A stretch of 63,710 bases of DNA, counting the filler, from Lama guanicoe (lineage: Eukaryota): NCBI GenBank assembly GCA_013239625.1. It is 205 parts of 205 records of this genome, joined end to end, with 100 filler letters (N's around TTAATTAATTAA, not from the genome) between each part and the next. Parts side by side here need not be neighbours in the genome. Positions count along the whole stretch, not along the records: positions 1 to 211 come from PNXV01036438.1; positions 312 to 522 come from PNXV01036439.1; positions 623 to 833 come from PNXV01036440.1; positions 934 to 1,144 come from PNXV01036441.1; positions 1,245 to 1,455 come from PNXV01036442.1; positions 1,556 to 1,766 come from PNXV01036443.1; positions 1,867 to 2,077 come from PNXV01036444.1; positions 2,178 to 2,388 come from PNXV01036445.1; 197 more parts are not named here. The stretch is one strand, 5' to 3'. Both the position numbers and the translations under genes were made by a program. The notes beneath the pieces are model-generated. The model was not told where the DNA came from. It saw only the letters and a program-made list of their open reading frames with translations, and made no database searches. Shown here piece by piece: positions 1-12,300 of the stretch; position 1 is the first letter of the stretch; each line of letters begins with the position of its first letter.

Positions 1-211
1 AAGAGCATCCTGGATTCTCTAGGTGGGCCCAGTGTTGTCACATAAACTCTTAAAAAGCAGGAAGCTTTCTCCAGCCGGTGACGGAAGGAGAACTCAGGGC
101 GATTAGAAGCCCCAGGGGAAGCAGGCTTTGAGGATGGAGGGTACCTGCACTGGGCAGGCAGATGGTCCTTTGGAGCTGGGAGCCCGAGGAGTCGGGGACC
201 TCGGTCTCACA
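1..211 (+). mobile_element. MaLR LTR fragment (MLT1-like)
   Basis: ATCCTGGATT..TAGGTGGGCCCCAGTGTTGTCACA and GGCTTTGAGGATGGAGG resemble the MLT1 consensus as recalled. Confidence 0.6.
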
Positions 212-375
212 NNNNNNNNNNNNNNNNNNNNNNNNNNNNNNNNNNNNNNNNNNNNTTAATTAATTAANNNNNNNNNNNNNNNNNNNNNNNNNNNNNNNNN
301 NNNNNNNNNNNCATGATGGGGACGGTGGGCTGAGGGGGCGGCTCTGCAAAGAGAAGGGAACAGGCCCTGGCCTCA

Positions 376-522
<147 letters not shown>

Positions 523-1874
523 NNNNNNNNNNNNNNNNNNNNNNNNNNNNNNNNNNNNNNNNNNNNTTAATTAATTAANNNNNNNNNNNNNNNNNNNNNN
601 NNNNNNNNNNNNNNNNNNNNNNATGTCTACAATTATTGTTCTTGTTTAGGATTAGAAATGAAAAAAAAAACCTTCATTTTAACATTCAGTGTCATCTAAC
701 CTTCATTTTCAGTCTTTTTTCCCTACATCAAGTTTTCCTTTTTGCAATGGATTTTCAGAGTTGTTTTTATAGGCTACAACTTTTATTTTTACATAAATAC
801 ATAAAGAGAAGTAACGGTAGGTTTAAAACGTCCNNNNNNNNNNNNNNNNNNNNNNNNNNNNNNNNNNNNNNNNNNNNTTAATTAATTAANNNNNNNNNNN
901 NNNNNNNNNNNNNNNNNNNNNNNNNNNNNNNNNTTGCTCTTCATTAAATCCAGAATGGCTCAAATCATCTCTAAAATCCAAACGGTAAGGAACGGATTCA
1001 CAGAACACAGTTGGAGGAGAAGCAATAAGAAGTCTCAGTCCAGGGCTGTGTGACAGGGACGTGCCGTCCACGAGACAGTGCGATCAGAGTGGCACGGAGC
1101 CGGAGCCGGGCCACTCAGGGCAGCCTGGAATCCCGAGAGGTGGGNNNNNNNNNNNNNNNNNNNNNNNNNNNNNNNNNNNNNNNNNNNNTTAATTAATTAA
1201 NNNNNNNNNNNNNNNNNNNNNNNNNNNNNNNNNNNNNNNNNNNNCCTTTTATACACATCATCTCATTTAATACTTCCTCAACTCTCTGAACTTTAGAGAG
1301 GATGTGAGTATTAAATGGGACAGGGAACCACTCTTCCCTTACCGATAGAAGGGGCTGCGTCTGAAAGAACTTCTTTTGGCACCAGTGGTTTCCTTTCTCC
1401 CCCTTAGGAAGAATGCACCACGAACCAGCTTCCCACAGGAGCTAACAGCTAGTGTNNNNNNNNNNNNNNNNNNNNNNNNNNNNNNNNNNNNNNNNNNNNT
1501 TAATTAATTAANNNNNNNNNNNNNNNNNNNNNNNNNNNNNNNNNNNNNNNNNNNNAAAAAAAAAAAAGACTAAAGGAATGAAATCAACTGTGCAAACCCA
1601 GCAATATCTTAGGGGACTTGGTTAGAGGAAAGATTCCCAAGCAGGATTAGCCTATTTGTAAGGTGATCACCCTGATCCAATCTTTTTCTACCCTAACAGG
1701 AAACTTTCCTTTTGATTTGCTCAGCTGGCTCAATGCAAAGATTAATTTGGATTAACGAGCATCTTCNNNNNNNNNNNNNNNNNNNNNNNNNNNNNNNNNN
1801 NNNNNNNNNNTTAATTAATTAANNNNNNNNNNNNNNNNNNNNNNNNNNNNNNNNNNNNNNNNNNNNTTCTTAAA

Positions 1875-2035
1875 GCACAGGGAACTATATTCAATTTCTT
1901 GTATTAACATACAATAGAAAAGACTCTGTAAAGAAAACAAACAAAAATATATGTATGTACATTTGTCACTGAATTACTTTGCTGTACAACTGAAATTAAC
2001 ACCGGAAATTTACTACACATCAATAACGTTTTTTT
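1875..2035 (+). mobile_element. LINE-1 3' UTR end
   Basis: AGCACAGGGAACTATATTCAAT...ACTGAATTACTTTGCTGTACAACTGAAATTAACAC is typical of artiodactyl/laurasiatherian L1 3' ends. Confidence 0.8.
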
Positions 2036-2867
2036 AAAAGACACTTTGATTCCTCTCTTTCTCTCCCTCACTCCCTCNNNNNNNNNNNNNNNNNNNNNNN
2101 NNNNNNNNNNNNNNNNNNNNNTTAATTAATTAANNNNNNNNNNNNNNNNNNNNNNNNNNNNNNNNNNNNNNNNNNNNTCGAGTCCCTTCTCCAAAATGCT
2201 GCACCTGGTTGCTACACAGTAACACACGAATGTGGCAAACCCGCGAGTGGCTGATGAGGGGGTCATGCTTTCCAGAAGCTAGCTACCCCCGACAACTTCT
2301 GGGGGTTCTAGCACCTTCTCTACTCCCCCGTGCTCTCAAAGCCTTTTCTCTGCTGTGTTCTCAGTCCCTGTCTTCTCTAAGGGGTCCTNNNNNNNNNNNN
2401 NNNNNNNNNNNNNNNNNNNNNNNNNNNNNNNNTTAATTAATTAANNNNNNNNNNNNNNNNNNNNNNNNNNNNNNNNNNNNNNNNNNNNTGGGTTCTGCAT
2501 CAGGCATGATGGTTTCAGCGAGAGAACACGGCCCAGAATGTTACAGGTGAGATGGCAATGCAAGCGCGTAATGTGTGGCGCAGAAAACCGCGCTGTACAA
2601 GTGAGAAGAGCGCATGCTTGCTGGGCCTCACTGTTGTGGGCACCAGCCAGTGGGAGGTGGGGTGCTGGGCTCTGACCCTGAGCATCCAGGTGGCAGATGN
2701 NNNNNNNNNNNNNNNNNNNNNNNNNNNNNNNNNNNNNNNNNNNTTAATTAATTAANNNNNNNNNNNNNNNNNNNNNNNNNNNNNNNNNNNNNNNNNNNNT
2801 GGGGAACTTGCCTGAGCACTAAGAAATGAGAGGAAATCTTTTTTTTTTTTTTGTACAGCCAAAGCAG

Positions 2868-3010
2868 ATGTGGTGGTACTGGTGGAGGGAGTGGTGGTAA
2901 GTGGTAGAGGTGAAGGTGGTGGAGGTGGTAGTCGTCCTGGTGTAGAGGTGGGGTGGTGGGCATGGAGATGGAGGTGGGGATGGAGATGGAGGTGGAGGAA
3001 GCAGTGATAG
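2868..3010. repeat. Degenerate (GGT/GGA)n trinucleotide low-complexity repeat
   Basis: Run of GGT/GGA/GGG triplets including GGAGATGGAGGT twice; it explains the Pro/His-rich ORF at 2748-2963. Confidence 0.85.
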
Positions 3011-4043
3011 NNNNNNNNNNNNNNNNNNNNNNNNNNNNNNNNNNNNNNNNNNNNTTAATTAATTAANNNNNNNNNNNNNNNNNNNNNNNNNNNNNNNNNN
3101 NNNNNNNNNNACTTTCTTCCCTAACACTGACCCTTGAATTTTCCCCACCCTTAACTCCACTGTATTTGTCTGTTCACATTGGCCGGTTCATGTAGATTAT
3201 TAACCTGAGTCTGGACTCTTTCCCTGGCTCTGACCTGACATACCCATGAGGCTCTTCTCCTGAAAACTGCCTTTTTGACTCAGGTGTTAAAGTCTCAGGT
3301 GAGATGTCTGTCCTCTTTTGTNNNNNNNNNNNNNNNNNNNNNNNNNNNNNNNNNNNNNNNNNNNNTTAATTAATTAANNNNNNNNNNNNNNNNNNNNNNN
3401 NNNNNNNNNNNNNNNNNNNNNCAGTGAAAAGGAGGAGATGGGTCCTTGCCCATCTATCTTTGTTCCTGGCATTGCTCTCTCTGCCTGTCTCTACAGAAAC
3501 CCCCTTTCTGCCAACACCTAGGAACATACGGCAGGTTCCACAGATCCTACCTCTTCTTCTGGTTTGATGTGGCCTTGTGCCCACAGGGGAAGGGCCTTGC
3601 AGTCAGGGGGGCTGAGGTAAGGGGGCAGGGGGNNNNNNNNNNNNNNNNNNNNNNNNNNNNNNNNNNNNNNNNNNNNTTAATTAATTAANNNNNNNNNNNN
3701 NNNNNNNNNNNNNNNNNNNNNNNNNNNNNNNNATATGTGACCGTGCTGTCAGCATGTGAGGTGGGCTCACACAACACACGAATCCTGGAGCGCTCGGGGC
3801 CAGGCCCTGCGCTGAGACCCTGCACTCGGAGCTGCCTCACCCACTAGGGAAGGCGCCCTTCCCTCCGGGCACCCAGGTCTGCCTGTAAGCGCCGCCCAGG
3901 GAGGGGGCTCACAGCCTCACAGTGCACCTTCAGGCAGGTGCTGNNNNNNNNNNNNNNNNNNNNNNNNNNNNNNNNNNNNNNNNNNNNTTAATTAATTAAN
4001 NNNNNNNNNNNNNNNNNNNNNNNNNNNNNNNNNNNNNNNNNNN

Positions 4044-4225
4044 ACATACTATACCTCATATTTATTTGCCTGTTATCTAACATGAAATTCTAAAATATTC
4101 CCTGAATGAAAGCAGATTTTTGTCTTCTTTGTTCGCCACCATATCCCCAGTGCCTAGGGTTTTTTTATTTCTGTTTTCGCATGTAACAGGAACTCAGAAA
4201 ATATATGTTGAATGGCCAGATGGGT
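4044..4225 (+). mobile_element. LINE-2 3' end fragment
   Basis: TTTTTGTCTTCTTTGTTCGCCACCATATCCCCAGTGCCTAG...AGGAACTCAGAAAATATATGTTGAATG matches the L2 3' terminus pattern. Confidence 0.7.
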
Positions 4226-4976
4226 TCATGGGTTCTCGTGGGTTCTACAGCACTNNNNNNNNNNNNNNNNNNNNNNNNNNNNNNNNNNNNNNNNNNNNTT
4301 AATTAATTAANNNNNNNNNNNNNNNNNNNNNNNNNNNNNNNNNNNNNNNNNNNNACAGAGGCTGCCTCCCCAAGGTCAGGGAATTTATTTCTCAGAATTC
4401 CCCTTAACAGGGAACACCTGTGACTGAAGATAGCAGCGTGGAGTTGTCTGTCGAGCTCCCCACGCACTTACAATGGTTCCGGAATCCTGATCGTGTGGAG
4501 GTTCCTCCAACGGTCAGCAGTGCGTGGGTTCTAACGGAAAGACTAAGCTCCTCTCCCCTCGGTTTNNNNNNNNNNNNNNNNNNNNNNNNNNNNNNNNNNN
4601 NNNNNNNNNTTAATTAATTAANNNNNNNNNNNNNNNNNNNNNNNNNNNNNNNNNNNNNNNNNNNNAATAGAAGAGGGTGGCAATAGTCCCCAAGGTATAT
4701 CAATGGCAGGGATACTGGCCAAAGGCTACTGCACTAATATAGGGGTGGGCTGTAGGAAGCAGTGAGCTAGGAACTGAGTGGCAATGTCAAACTGAACAGT
4801 CACATCAAAGATTAAAGCACATAGATTTAAGCAAAGATAAAGAAAATCCAGTGGCCAATTGCATATAAGAGACAGANNNNNNNNNNNNNNNNNNNNNNNN
4901 NNNNNNNNNNNNNNNNNNNNTTAATTAATTAANNNNNNNNNNNNNNNNNNNNNNNNNNNNNNNNNNNNNNNNNNNN

Positions 4977-5187
4977 TTATCTAATTTGTTGAAGTGTGTG
5001 TTCAAATCTTTTCCCCATTTAAAAAATTGGGCTGTTTGTTTTCTTGTTTGGTTTTAATAGTTCTTTGTATTTTCTAGATGTAAGTTCTTTATCAGGTATA
5101 TAATTTGCAGAAACTTCCTTTCAGCTAATGACTTGCCATTTTATTCTCTTTACAGTGTCTTCTGAGGAGTAGAAGTTTTAATTTAAT
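4977..5187 (-). mobile_element. Old LINE-1 ORF2 fragment, antisense
   Basis: GAAGTGTGTGTTCAAATCTTTTCCCCATTT..TTGGGCTGTTTGTTTTCTT..AGAAGTTTTAATTTAAT is the antisense L1M ORF2 C-terminal region. Confidence 0.75.
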
Positions 5188-6533
5188 NNNNNNNNNNNNN
5201 NNNNNNNNNNNNNNNNNNNNNNNNNNNNNNNTTAATTAATTAANNNNNNNNNNNNNNNNNNNNNNNNNNNNNNNNNNNNNNNNNNNNAAACAAACAAACA
5301 AACAAGCAAAAACACATCTGCTATTCAGATAAAGGAATCATAGTCATCCTTTTATGAGGTACTATGAAGATGCTGCTCAGAGGCTGCTCGGGAGGATAAA
5401 AAAGAAAAATGCAATTGTTAGATGTCCGTTAAATAACTGTGTTTATTGTAATTTAAGCTAATAGTTATTCATTATTCAGTCAAGTATTTGGTACAAGTNN
5501 NNNNNNNNNNNNNNNNNNNNNNNNNNNNNNNNNNNNNNNNNNTTAATTAATTAANNNNNNNNNNNNNNNNNNNNNNNNNNNNNNNNNNNNNNNNNNNNGT
5601 ATTTGTGAATACACACATGTATGCACAGATATGTGCATGGGTGTTGCTCCCTCTTTGACATCATCAGGGCACTAGTGTACTCTGCATCTATTCTGCATCT
5701 TGCTAGTTGGGTTGATTTGCCACCTCCTTCTTGAGGGCTGCACAGAAATCATGGATTCTGTTGTATGCTTAAACCATTACTTATCCAGTTTATGGCTTCT
5801 CAAAGCAGTNNNNNNNNNNNNNNNNNNNNNNNNNNNNNNNNNNNNNNNNNNNNTTAATTAATTAANNNNNNNNNNNNNNNNNNNNNNNNNNNNNNNNNNN
5901 NNNNNNNNNAAAGGCCACCATCTCAAATCGCCTGGCAGATTCCAGGGAGAGAGGAAGCTTCTCGTCCGTTCTCCGTTCTGTGAGATTCCGGTCCAAGATG
6001 CTCACCAAACCCGTCCATTTTTTTCACATGGGATGCTTGCTATTTGCACGTATCTGATTGAATTTTCAGTGGCTGCTTAGCAGGTCATTTCATTTGTCAG
6101 GTAGACGAAGGTAATGAGAANNNNNNNNNNNNNNNNNNNNNNNNNNNNNNNNNNNNNNNNNNNNTTAATTAATTAANNNNNNNNNNNNNNNNNNNNNNNN
6201 NNNNNNNNNNNNNNNNNNNNAGATACATGCAGAAGCTGCCTGGGACCTAAAAAGCTTTTCAGCACCTAGTTCCCAGTCCCCATGAAACCCATCAGCACTC
6301 TTGCCCTATGTACTCTGAGATACTCCCATAAGCTTCCAATATGTAACCCATAAATTGTTTAAGTTAACCACAGCAGAGTTACAGTTTTAACTATGAACCC
6401 TCAGTGCCCAAGTTTAAATATAATTTCTTAANNNNNNNNNNNNNNNNNNNNNNNNNNNNNNNNNNNNNNNNNNNNTTAATTAATTAANNNNNNNNNNNNN
6501 NNNNNNNNNNNNNNNNNNNNNNNNNNNNNNNAT

Positions 6534-6740
6534 GTTTAAATTTGCAGAAGGTAAAAATGCACTTTCTCCACTGGTGTCAGACACAAAACCAGAATTATGA
6601 TTATCCATATTACCCCCTGTTTTAAAGTGCTTCATGTCGAAATCTTCAGCCAATGAAGATAACAGAGAGATATTTTTCATCCCAAGTCTTCTCTTTATTC
6701 CCACTGAAAGCTGGGGACAGCCTCGTTTTATATTTGGATT
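6534..6740 (-). CDS. HSFY: Heat shock transcription factor Y-linked-like (HSFY) coding fragment: end of the HSF DNA-binding domain plus following region; partial, functional status unknown
   Basis: Open frame across the contig: NPNIKRGCPQLSVGIKRRLGMKNISLLSSLAEDFDMKHFKTGGNMDNHNSGFVSDTSGESAFLPSANLN. It is colinear with human HSFY as recalled (YNPNFKRGYPQLLVRVKRRIGVKNASPISTLFNEDFNKKHFRAGANMENHNS...SKNLNM). Confidence 0.85.
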
Positions 6741-8086
6741 ACNNNNNNNNNNNNNNNNNNNNNNNNNNNNNNNNNNNNNNNNNNNNTTAATTAATTAANN
6801 NNNNNNNNNNNNNNNNNNNNNNNNNNNNNNNNNNNNNNNNNNATCTTAGGATCATTGAAGTCCAGTGTTCTCTCTAATCCTTACAGCAGCAAAGTAGGTG
6901 TGATACCATTTTACTTCATTGAAATGCTGTCTTTCTAAAATAGTAGTTAAGAGTCATAACTATATTGTCTGACAACAACTGAGCTGTTATGTGTGCAAGG
7001 AACAGTTGCAAACACTTTGCATGGATTTTCACTGAAGCGTCACAGCCGTGTCCNNNNNNNNNNNNNNNNNNNNNNNNNNNNNNNNNNNNNNNNNNNNTTA
7101 ATTAATTAANNNNNNNNNNNNNNNNNNNNNNNNNNNNNNNNNNNNNNNNNNNNACTGGGTACTGAGCTTGGCAAGGAGCACAGGGTTTATCAGGGATTGT
7201 GGTGCTAAGCCGGAGAGGTCAGTTAAGTCGTGCCCAGGGAATTGTACTGGCTGTTCTGTGGTCACCCTGGTGAGTAGCTACAGCAGCGCTGAATCGGGGT
7301 TACCATCCTATGCTTGGGGCAGAGCGAGGGCTCCAGGTGGAGCTGTCCAGCACAGGGCTTGCCANNNNNNNNNNNNNNNNNNNNNNNNNNNNNNNNNNNN
7401 NNNNNNNNTTAATTAATTAANNNNNNNNNNNNNNNNNNNNNNNNNNNNNNNNNNNNNNNNNNNNGTTTCAGTTTCAGCCCCAAGAGAACGCCGAGCGTTC
7501 AGCCCTGCGACAGCAACAGACCCAGCTTCCTGAGCGGTCAGCAAGTCCTGTCCGGTCGGGCAGGCGGACGCAACGCAGAAGCAGCTGCCCGCCGCCGGGC
7601 TGCTGGCCCAGGGAGGCAGGGAGCCACGTTCGGGGCTGTCGGCTGGCGCTGGGCCCACTCCTCTTTGAGGAGTTTNNNNNNNNNNNNNNNNNNNNNNNNN
7701 NNNNNNNNNNNNNNNNNNNTTAATTAATTAANNNNNNNNNNNNNNNNNNNNNNNNNNNNNNNNNNNNNNNNNNNNCCTGTTGTCCACCAAGTTTTGTTTC
7801 CTTGCACGACAGCTACAATGGGTTAACACCAGACCAGAACATCTACAAAGCCCTCGTGTACTATATCCTGATACTTGTTGGTCACCCAAATATCTCAGAT
7901 CCTCTAAGTAAACAACTAGTAAGAGGAACTGAGCTGACTCGTCTGTCAGATCCCTGATGGCAGGACTGATTTGGCCTCTCCTGCTCNNNNNNNNNNNNNN
8001 NNNNNNNNNNNNNNNNNNNNNNNNNNNNNNTTAATTAATTAANNNNNNNNNNNNNNNNNNNNNNNNNNNNNNNNNNNNNNNNNNNN

Positions 8087-8297
8087 ATGAATCCCCTACA
8101 ACTCAACAACAAAAAGAACAAATGACTTGATTAAAAAATGGGTAAAGGATTTGAATAGACATTTCTCTAAAGAAGATTCATAAAAGGTCAACAAACCTAT
8201 CAAAAGATATTCAACATCACTAGCAATCAGGGATATGTAAATCAAAACCACAATGAGATATCACCTCACACTCATTAAGATGGCCACTATCAAAAAA
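8087..8297 (+). mobile_element. LINE-1 ORF2 3' region
   Basis: ACAACTCAACAACAAAAAG..TTGAATAGACATTTCTCTAAAGAAGA..ATCAAAACCACAATGAGATATCACCTCACAC is the canonical L1 ORF2 region preceding the CCHC domain. Confidence 0.92.
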
Positions 8298-8437
8298 NNN
8301 NNNNNNNNNNNNNNNNNNNNNNNNNNNNNNNNNNNNNNNNNTTAATTAATTAANNNNNNNNNNNNNNNNNNNNNNNNNNNNNNNNNNNNNNNNNNNNATT
8401 ATCTTTCAATTAAAAAATAAAAGAAAAAGAAAAAAAG

Positions 8438-8608
8438 TTAATCAATGTAATTCACCATATTAGCAGTAAAAATTCAGCATCCATTAATGATAAAAGCTGC
8501 CAGGAAGATAATAATAGAAGGTAATTTCCTCAAATTGATAAAGGACATTAATGAAATGTCCATTAGCTAACATTATAATAATAGTAAAAGAGTCAATGCT
8601 TTCTCCTT
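8438..8608 (+). mobile_element. Old LINE-1 ORF2 RT-region fragment
   Basis: ATCAATGTAATTCACCATATT..AAAATTCAGCATCCATT.ATGATAAAA..AGCTAACATTATA..AATGCTTTCTCC. Confidence 0.75.
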
Positions 8609-8708
8609 NNNNNNNNNNNNNNNNNNNNNNNNNNNNNNNNNNNNNNNNNNNNTTAATTAATTAANNNNNNNNNNNNNNNNNNNNNNNNNNNNNNNNNNNN
8701 NNNNNNNN

Positions 8709-8919
8709 AAGCAATTCTCCCATTTTCAGCAGACAGTGACTGGGTGTGCCACAAATTTAACACAATTCTGATACGATCTCCCTGGAGGCAGCATCAGATC
8801 CCACGGGTTAAGGGCTCAGTCCCACGAGATCACCCCACTTCAGATACCCATCCACCAGTCCAGGTTGTTACCTGTGCTTCCAGCTCACTGGCTGTAGATC
8901 AGAGGTTTCTATGCCCCTT
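8709..8919. mobile_element. LTR fragment, MER21-like
   Basis: CAATTCTGATAC..CCTGGAGGCAGCATCAGATCCCACGGGTTAAGGGCTCAGTCCCACGAGA..CCCCACTTCAGAT resembles the MER21 family as recalled. Confidence 0.7.
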
Positions 8920-9330
8920 NNNNNNNNNNNNNNNNNNNNNNNNNNNNNNNNNNNNNNNNNNNNTTAATTAATTAANNNNNNNNNNNNNNNNNNNNNNNNN
9001 NNNNNNNNNNNNNNNNNNNCCTTATCTGTGCTGCTCCCAGTGGCTGTAGCCTAGCAGATTGCACCCCCTCCCAACACTGGGTCAGGTACTGAGCTCTTAC
9101 CTGGTGGGTGGGCAGGTGGGTCACTCCCCCACCCAATGCTGCAGTCAGATGCTGTGCTCAGGTGAGGCAGGTGGGCGGATCACGCCCCCTCCTAGCACTG
9201 TGGTCAGGTGCTGTGTTCCTGCCAGGAAAGNNNNNNNNNNNNNNNNNNNNNNNNNNNNNNNNNNNNNNNNNNNNTTAATTAATTAANNNNNNNNNNNNNN
9301 NNNNNNNNNNNNNNNNNNNNNNNNNNNNNN

Positions 9331-9541
9331 CTTAGGGAAATAAGTCAGACAGAAAGAGACAAATACCATGTTATCGCTTGTCTGTGGAATCTAAAAAAAA
9401 GAAAACAAATATGTATAACAAAATAGAAACAGATTCACAGACATTAAAAAAAATGTCACCCTAGTGGTTGCCAGTCGGGAGGGGCAAGGGGGGAGGGATA
9501 AAATAGGGATATGGGACTAAGAGATACAAACTACTCTGTAT
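9331..9541 (+). mobile_element. LINE-1 ORF2 end and 3' UTR
   Basis: GAAATAAGTCAGACAGAAAGAGACAAATACCATG..GTGGAATCTAAAAA..GAAACAGATTCACAGACAT..GAGATACAAACTACT. Confidence 0.9.
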
Positions 9542-9989
9542 NNNNNNNNNNNNNNNNNNNNNNNNNNNNNNNNNNNNNNNNNNNNTTAATTAATTAANNN
9601 NNNNNNNNNNNNNNNNNNNNNNNNNNNNNNNNNNNNNNNNNGGTGGTCAAGTGTATACCTGCCCCCACAGGTACTGTGTGATTTTTTTTTTGTCTTTGTT
9701 AGGTTTGAAGATTTTTAAGTCCTTGCTGCTTCTTAGTGTCATACAATCTCCTCAAATCTTCTCACATAATATTAGGAGAAACTTGTTAGAGCAATTTAAG
9801 GAATATAAAAAGAATGTCTCTGTTAGTTAGGTTTTGTAAATATACACCTTTTNNNNNNNNNNNNNNNNNNNNNNNNNNNNNNNNNNNNNNNNNNNNTTAA
9901 TTAATTAANNNNNNNNNNNNNNNNNNNNNNNNNNNNNNNNNNNNNNNNNNNNTTAAGAGAGCTTCAAACATTTTGCTCTTTTAAAAAAT

Positions 9990-10163
9990 GGAAATTAATT
10001 AAAATTGAACATTTATCCAAATTTTAAATTTAATCTTTTAATTTATTTAAAATTTAAAATTAAACTAAATTAAATTAAAATTTTAATTTAAAGTTTTAAA
10101 ATAAAAATTTAAAATTAAAAAAAATTTAAAATTAAATTTATTTTAAAATTAAAAAAATTTTTA
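9990..10163. repeat. Extreme AT-rich low-complexity tract
   Basis: Almost exclusively A/T, built from TTTAAAATTAAA-like units. Confidence 0.9.
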
Positions 10164-11196
10164 NNNNNNNNNNNNNNNNNNNNNNNNNNNNNNNNNNNNN
10201 NNNNNNNTTAATTAATTAANNNNNNNNNNNNNNNNNNNNNNNNNNNNNNNNNNNNNNNNNNNNAATGTATGTATTAAGTCTCCAAGAATCAGTAAACTTC
10301 AGGATTTTGTTTCTGTTTGAAATTTTATTACCTCTTTGCTGTCAGAAACATGATTTGGGGGATACTCCTATATGAGTTGTAGAAATTTTGCCCCCCATAC
10401 ACTGCAAACGTGACATGCATGAAAGTACTGTTCAAGGTAATCCATCTGGGAGTCGAGAAGCACTTTTGGTTATGNNNNNNNNNNNNNNNNNNNNNNNNNN
10501 NNNNNNNNNNNNNNNNNNTTAATTAATTAANNNNNNNNNNNNNNNNNNNNNNNNNNNNNNNNNNNNNNNNNNNNACCCTTGGGCCTGCTGAATGTGGAGT
10601 CACAACCCGCAGATTCGACTTGTCACAGGCACTACCCACCTCAAACTGCAAGGGCACGTGCTGCAGCTGCAGGCCCACCTGCCGGTCCTCTCTGTGCCCC
10701 CATCACCCACAGGCACCCCCACAGGCCCATTCCTCATCACGTGACCTCTCGCTCACTGTCTCAGTGTCCCAGAGACCCTCTGCCTNNNNNNNNNNNNNNN
10801 NNNNNNNNNNNNNNNNNNNNNNNNNNNNNTTAATTAATTAANNNNNNNNNNNNNNNNNNNNNNNNNNNNNNNNNNNNNNNNNNNNTTACAAAACGACTCA
10901 AAGCAGCTTTATTGCAATAGTCTAAATGGGTATCCGTAGGTAAACGGATAAAGATTGTCATATTCATACAATAGAATAATGCTAAATAAAAAGGAATGAA
11001 CTATTGTTATAGTGCCAATTCTGTTGAATGGAATATACCATACCAAAAAAAAAAAAAGCATATGTGCTGTATGGTTCCACTTATTAAAAATTCAGANNNN
11101 NNNNNNNNNNNNNNNNNNNNNNNNNNNNNNNNNNNNNNNNTTAATTAATTAANNNNNNNNNNNNNNNNNNNNNNNNNNNNNNNNNNNNNNNNNNNN

Positions 11197-11407
11197 AAAG
11201 TATACAACATCCTGGTAAAGGTAAATATACAGTCAGACACAGACAGCTGTAATTCTGTAATAGGATGGTGTGTTAACCACTTAACTGCAGTATAAATGTC
11301 AAAGGAAAAGAGTATTAAAATAATTGTAGTTATTACAACTTGTTAACAAATACATAACATAAAAAAGGTCAATAATGACATCACAAATATGAAAGGGCAG
11401 GAATAAA
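11197..11407 (+). mobile_element. Old LINE-1 fragment (ORF1 end / inter-ORF region)
   Basis: CTGGTAAAGGTAAATATACAGTCA..TAATTCTGTAATAG.ATGGTGTGT.AACCACTTA resembles L1M inter-ORF sequence. Confidence 0.55.
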
Positions 11408-12182
11408 NNNNNNNNNNNNNNNNNNNNNNNNNNNNNNNNNNNNNNNNNNNNTTAATTAATTAANNNNNNNNNNNNNNNNNNNNNNNNNNNNNNNNNNNNN
11501 NNNNNNNGAGCGGAGAAGACGTTCCCTGGGGGGACTCACAGCGTTTGGGGCGTTTTCCCTTGATTGTCACCCCTGAAAGAGAATATTGTTGCCAAGCCCT
11601 GGCCCTTGCCACCTGGGCCCTGCTGCCTGGTAGGCTAATACGCCGCGTTCAAGCCTGCTTGATGCCAGGAACAGGAGATTCCGAAATGCACGCTGAACTC
11701 GACCTCCGGAGGATGCTCNNNNNNNNNNNNNNNNNNNNNNNNNNNNNNNNNNNNNNNNNNNNTTAATTAATTAANNNNNNNNNNNNNNNNNNNNNNNNNN
11801 NNNNNNNNNNNNNNNNNNACCCCCACAGATGTTTTTCATCTCCTTTAGATTACGCTGTGAAGGAGTTCCCCGCCCCCCTCCCCACACATACACATTTCAG
11901 TCGGCAGTAAGACAAAGGATGCGTCAAGGTGTAGAAACTCTCAAGAGTCTGGTGACTTCTTATCAGCTACTCTGTCAGACATAGTAAGTCAATGATTACT
12001 GGACTGTCTCTGCGAACAGTTGTAATAGGNNNNNNNNNNNNNNNNNNNNNNNNNNNNNNNNNNNNNNNNNNNNTTAATTAATTAANNNNNNNNNNNNNNN
12101 NNNNNNNNNNNNNNNNNNNNNNNNNNNNNGCATAGTTTTGTCATGTACATGTTTTCAATAAAATTCCATCATTAAAATGTCC

Positions 12183-12300
12183 AAACTCATTGTGGTAATC
12201 ATTTCATAGTATATGTATGTCAAGTTGTTACGCTATATACCTTAACCTTATACAGTGGTGTTTGTTAATTGCATCCCAGTAAAACTGCGAAAAAAAAAAG
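12183..12300 (+). mobile_element. Old LINE-1 (L1MB/MC-type) 3' terminus with A-tail
   Basis: CATTGTGGTAATCATTTCA.AGTATATGTATGTCAA..TATACCTTAA..CCCAGTAAAACTG followed by poly(A). Confidence 0.7.

Noticed and set aside
2748..2963. Pro/His-rich ORF
   Set aside because: It is a translation of a (CCA/CCT)n low-complexity repeat plus an A-run.
9020..9230. Possible L1 5' UTR or LTR-derived GC-rich fragment (similarly 46655-46865)
   Set aside because: Only a vague resemblance; the family cannot be assigned without RepeatMasker.
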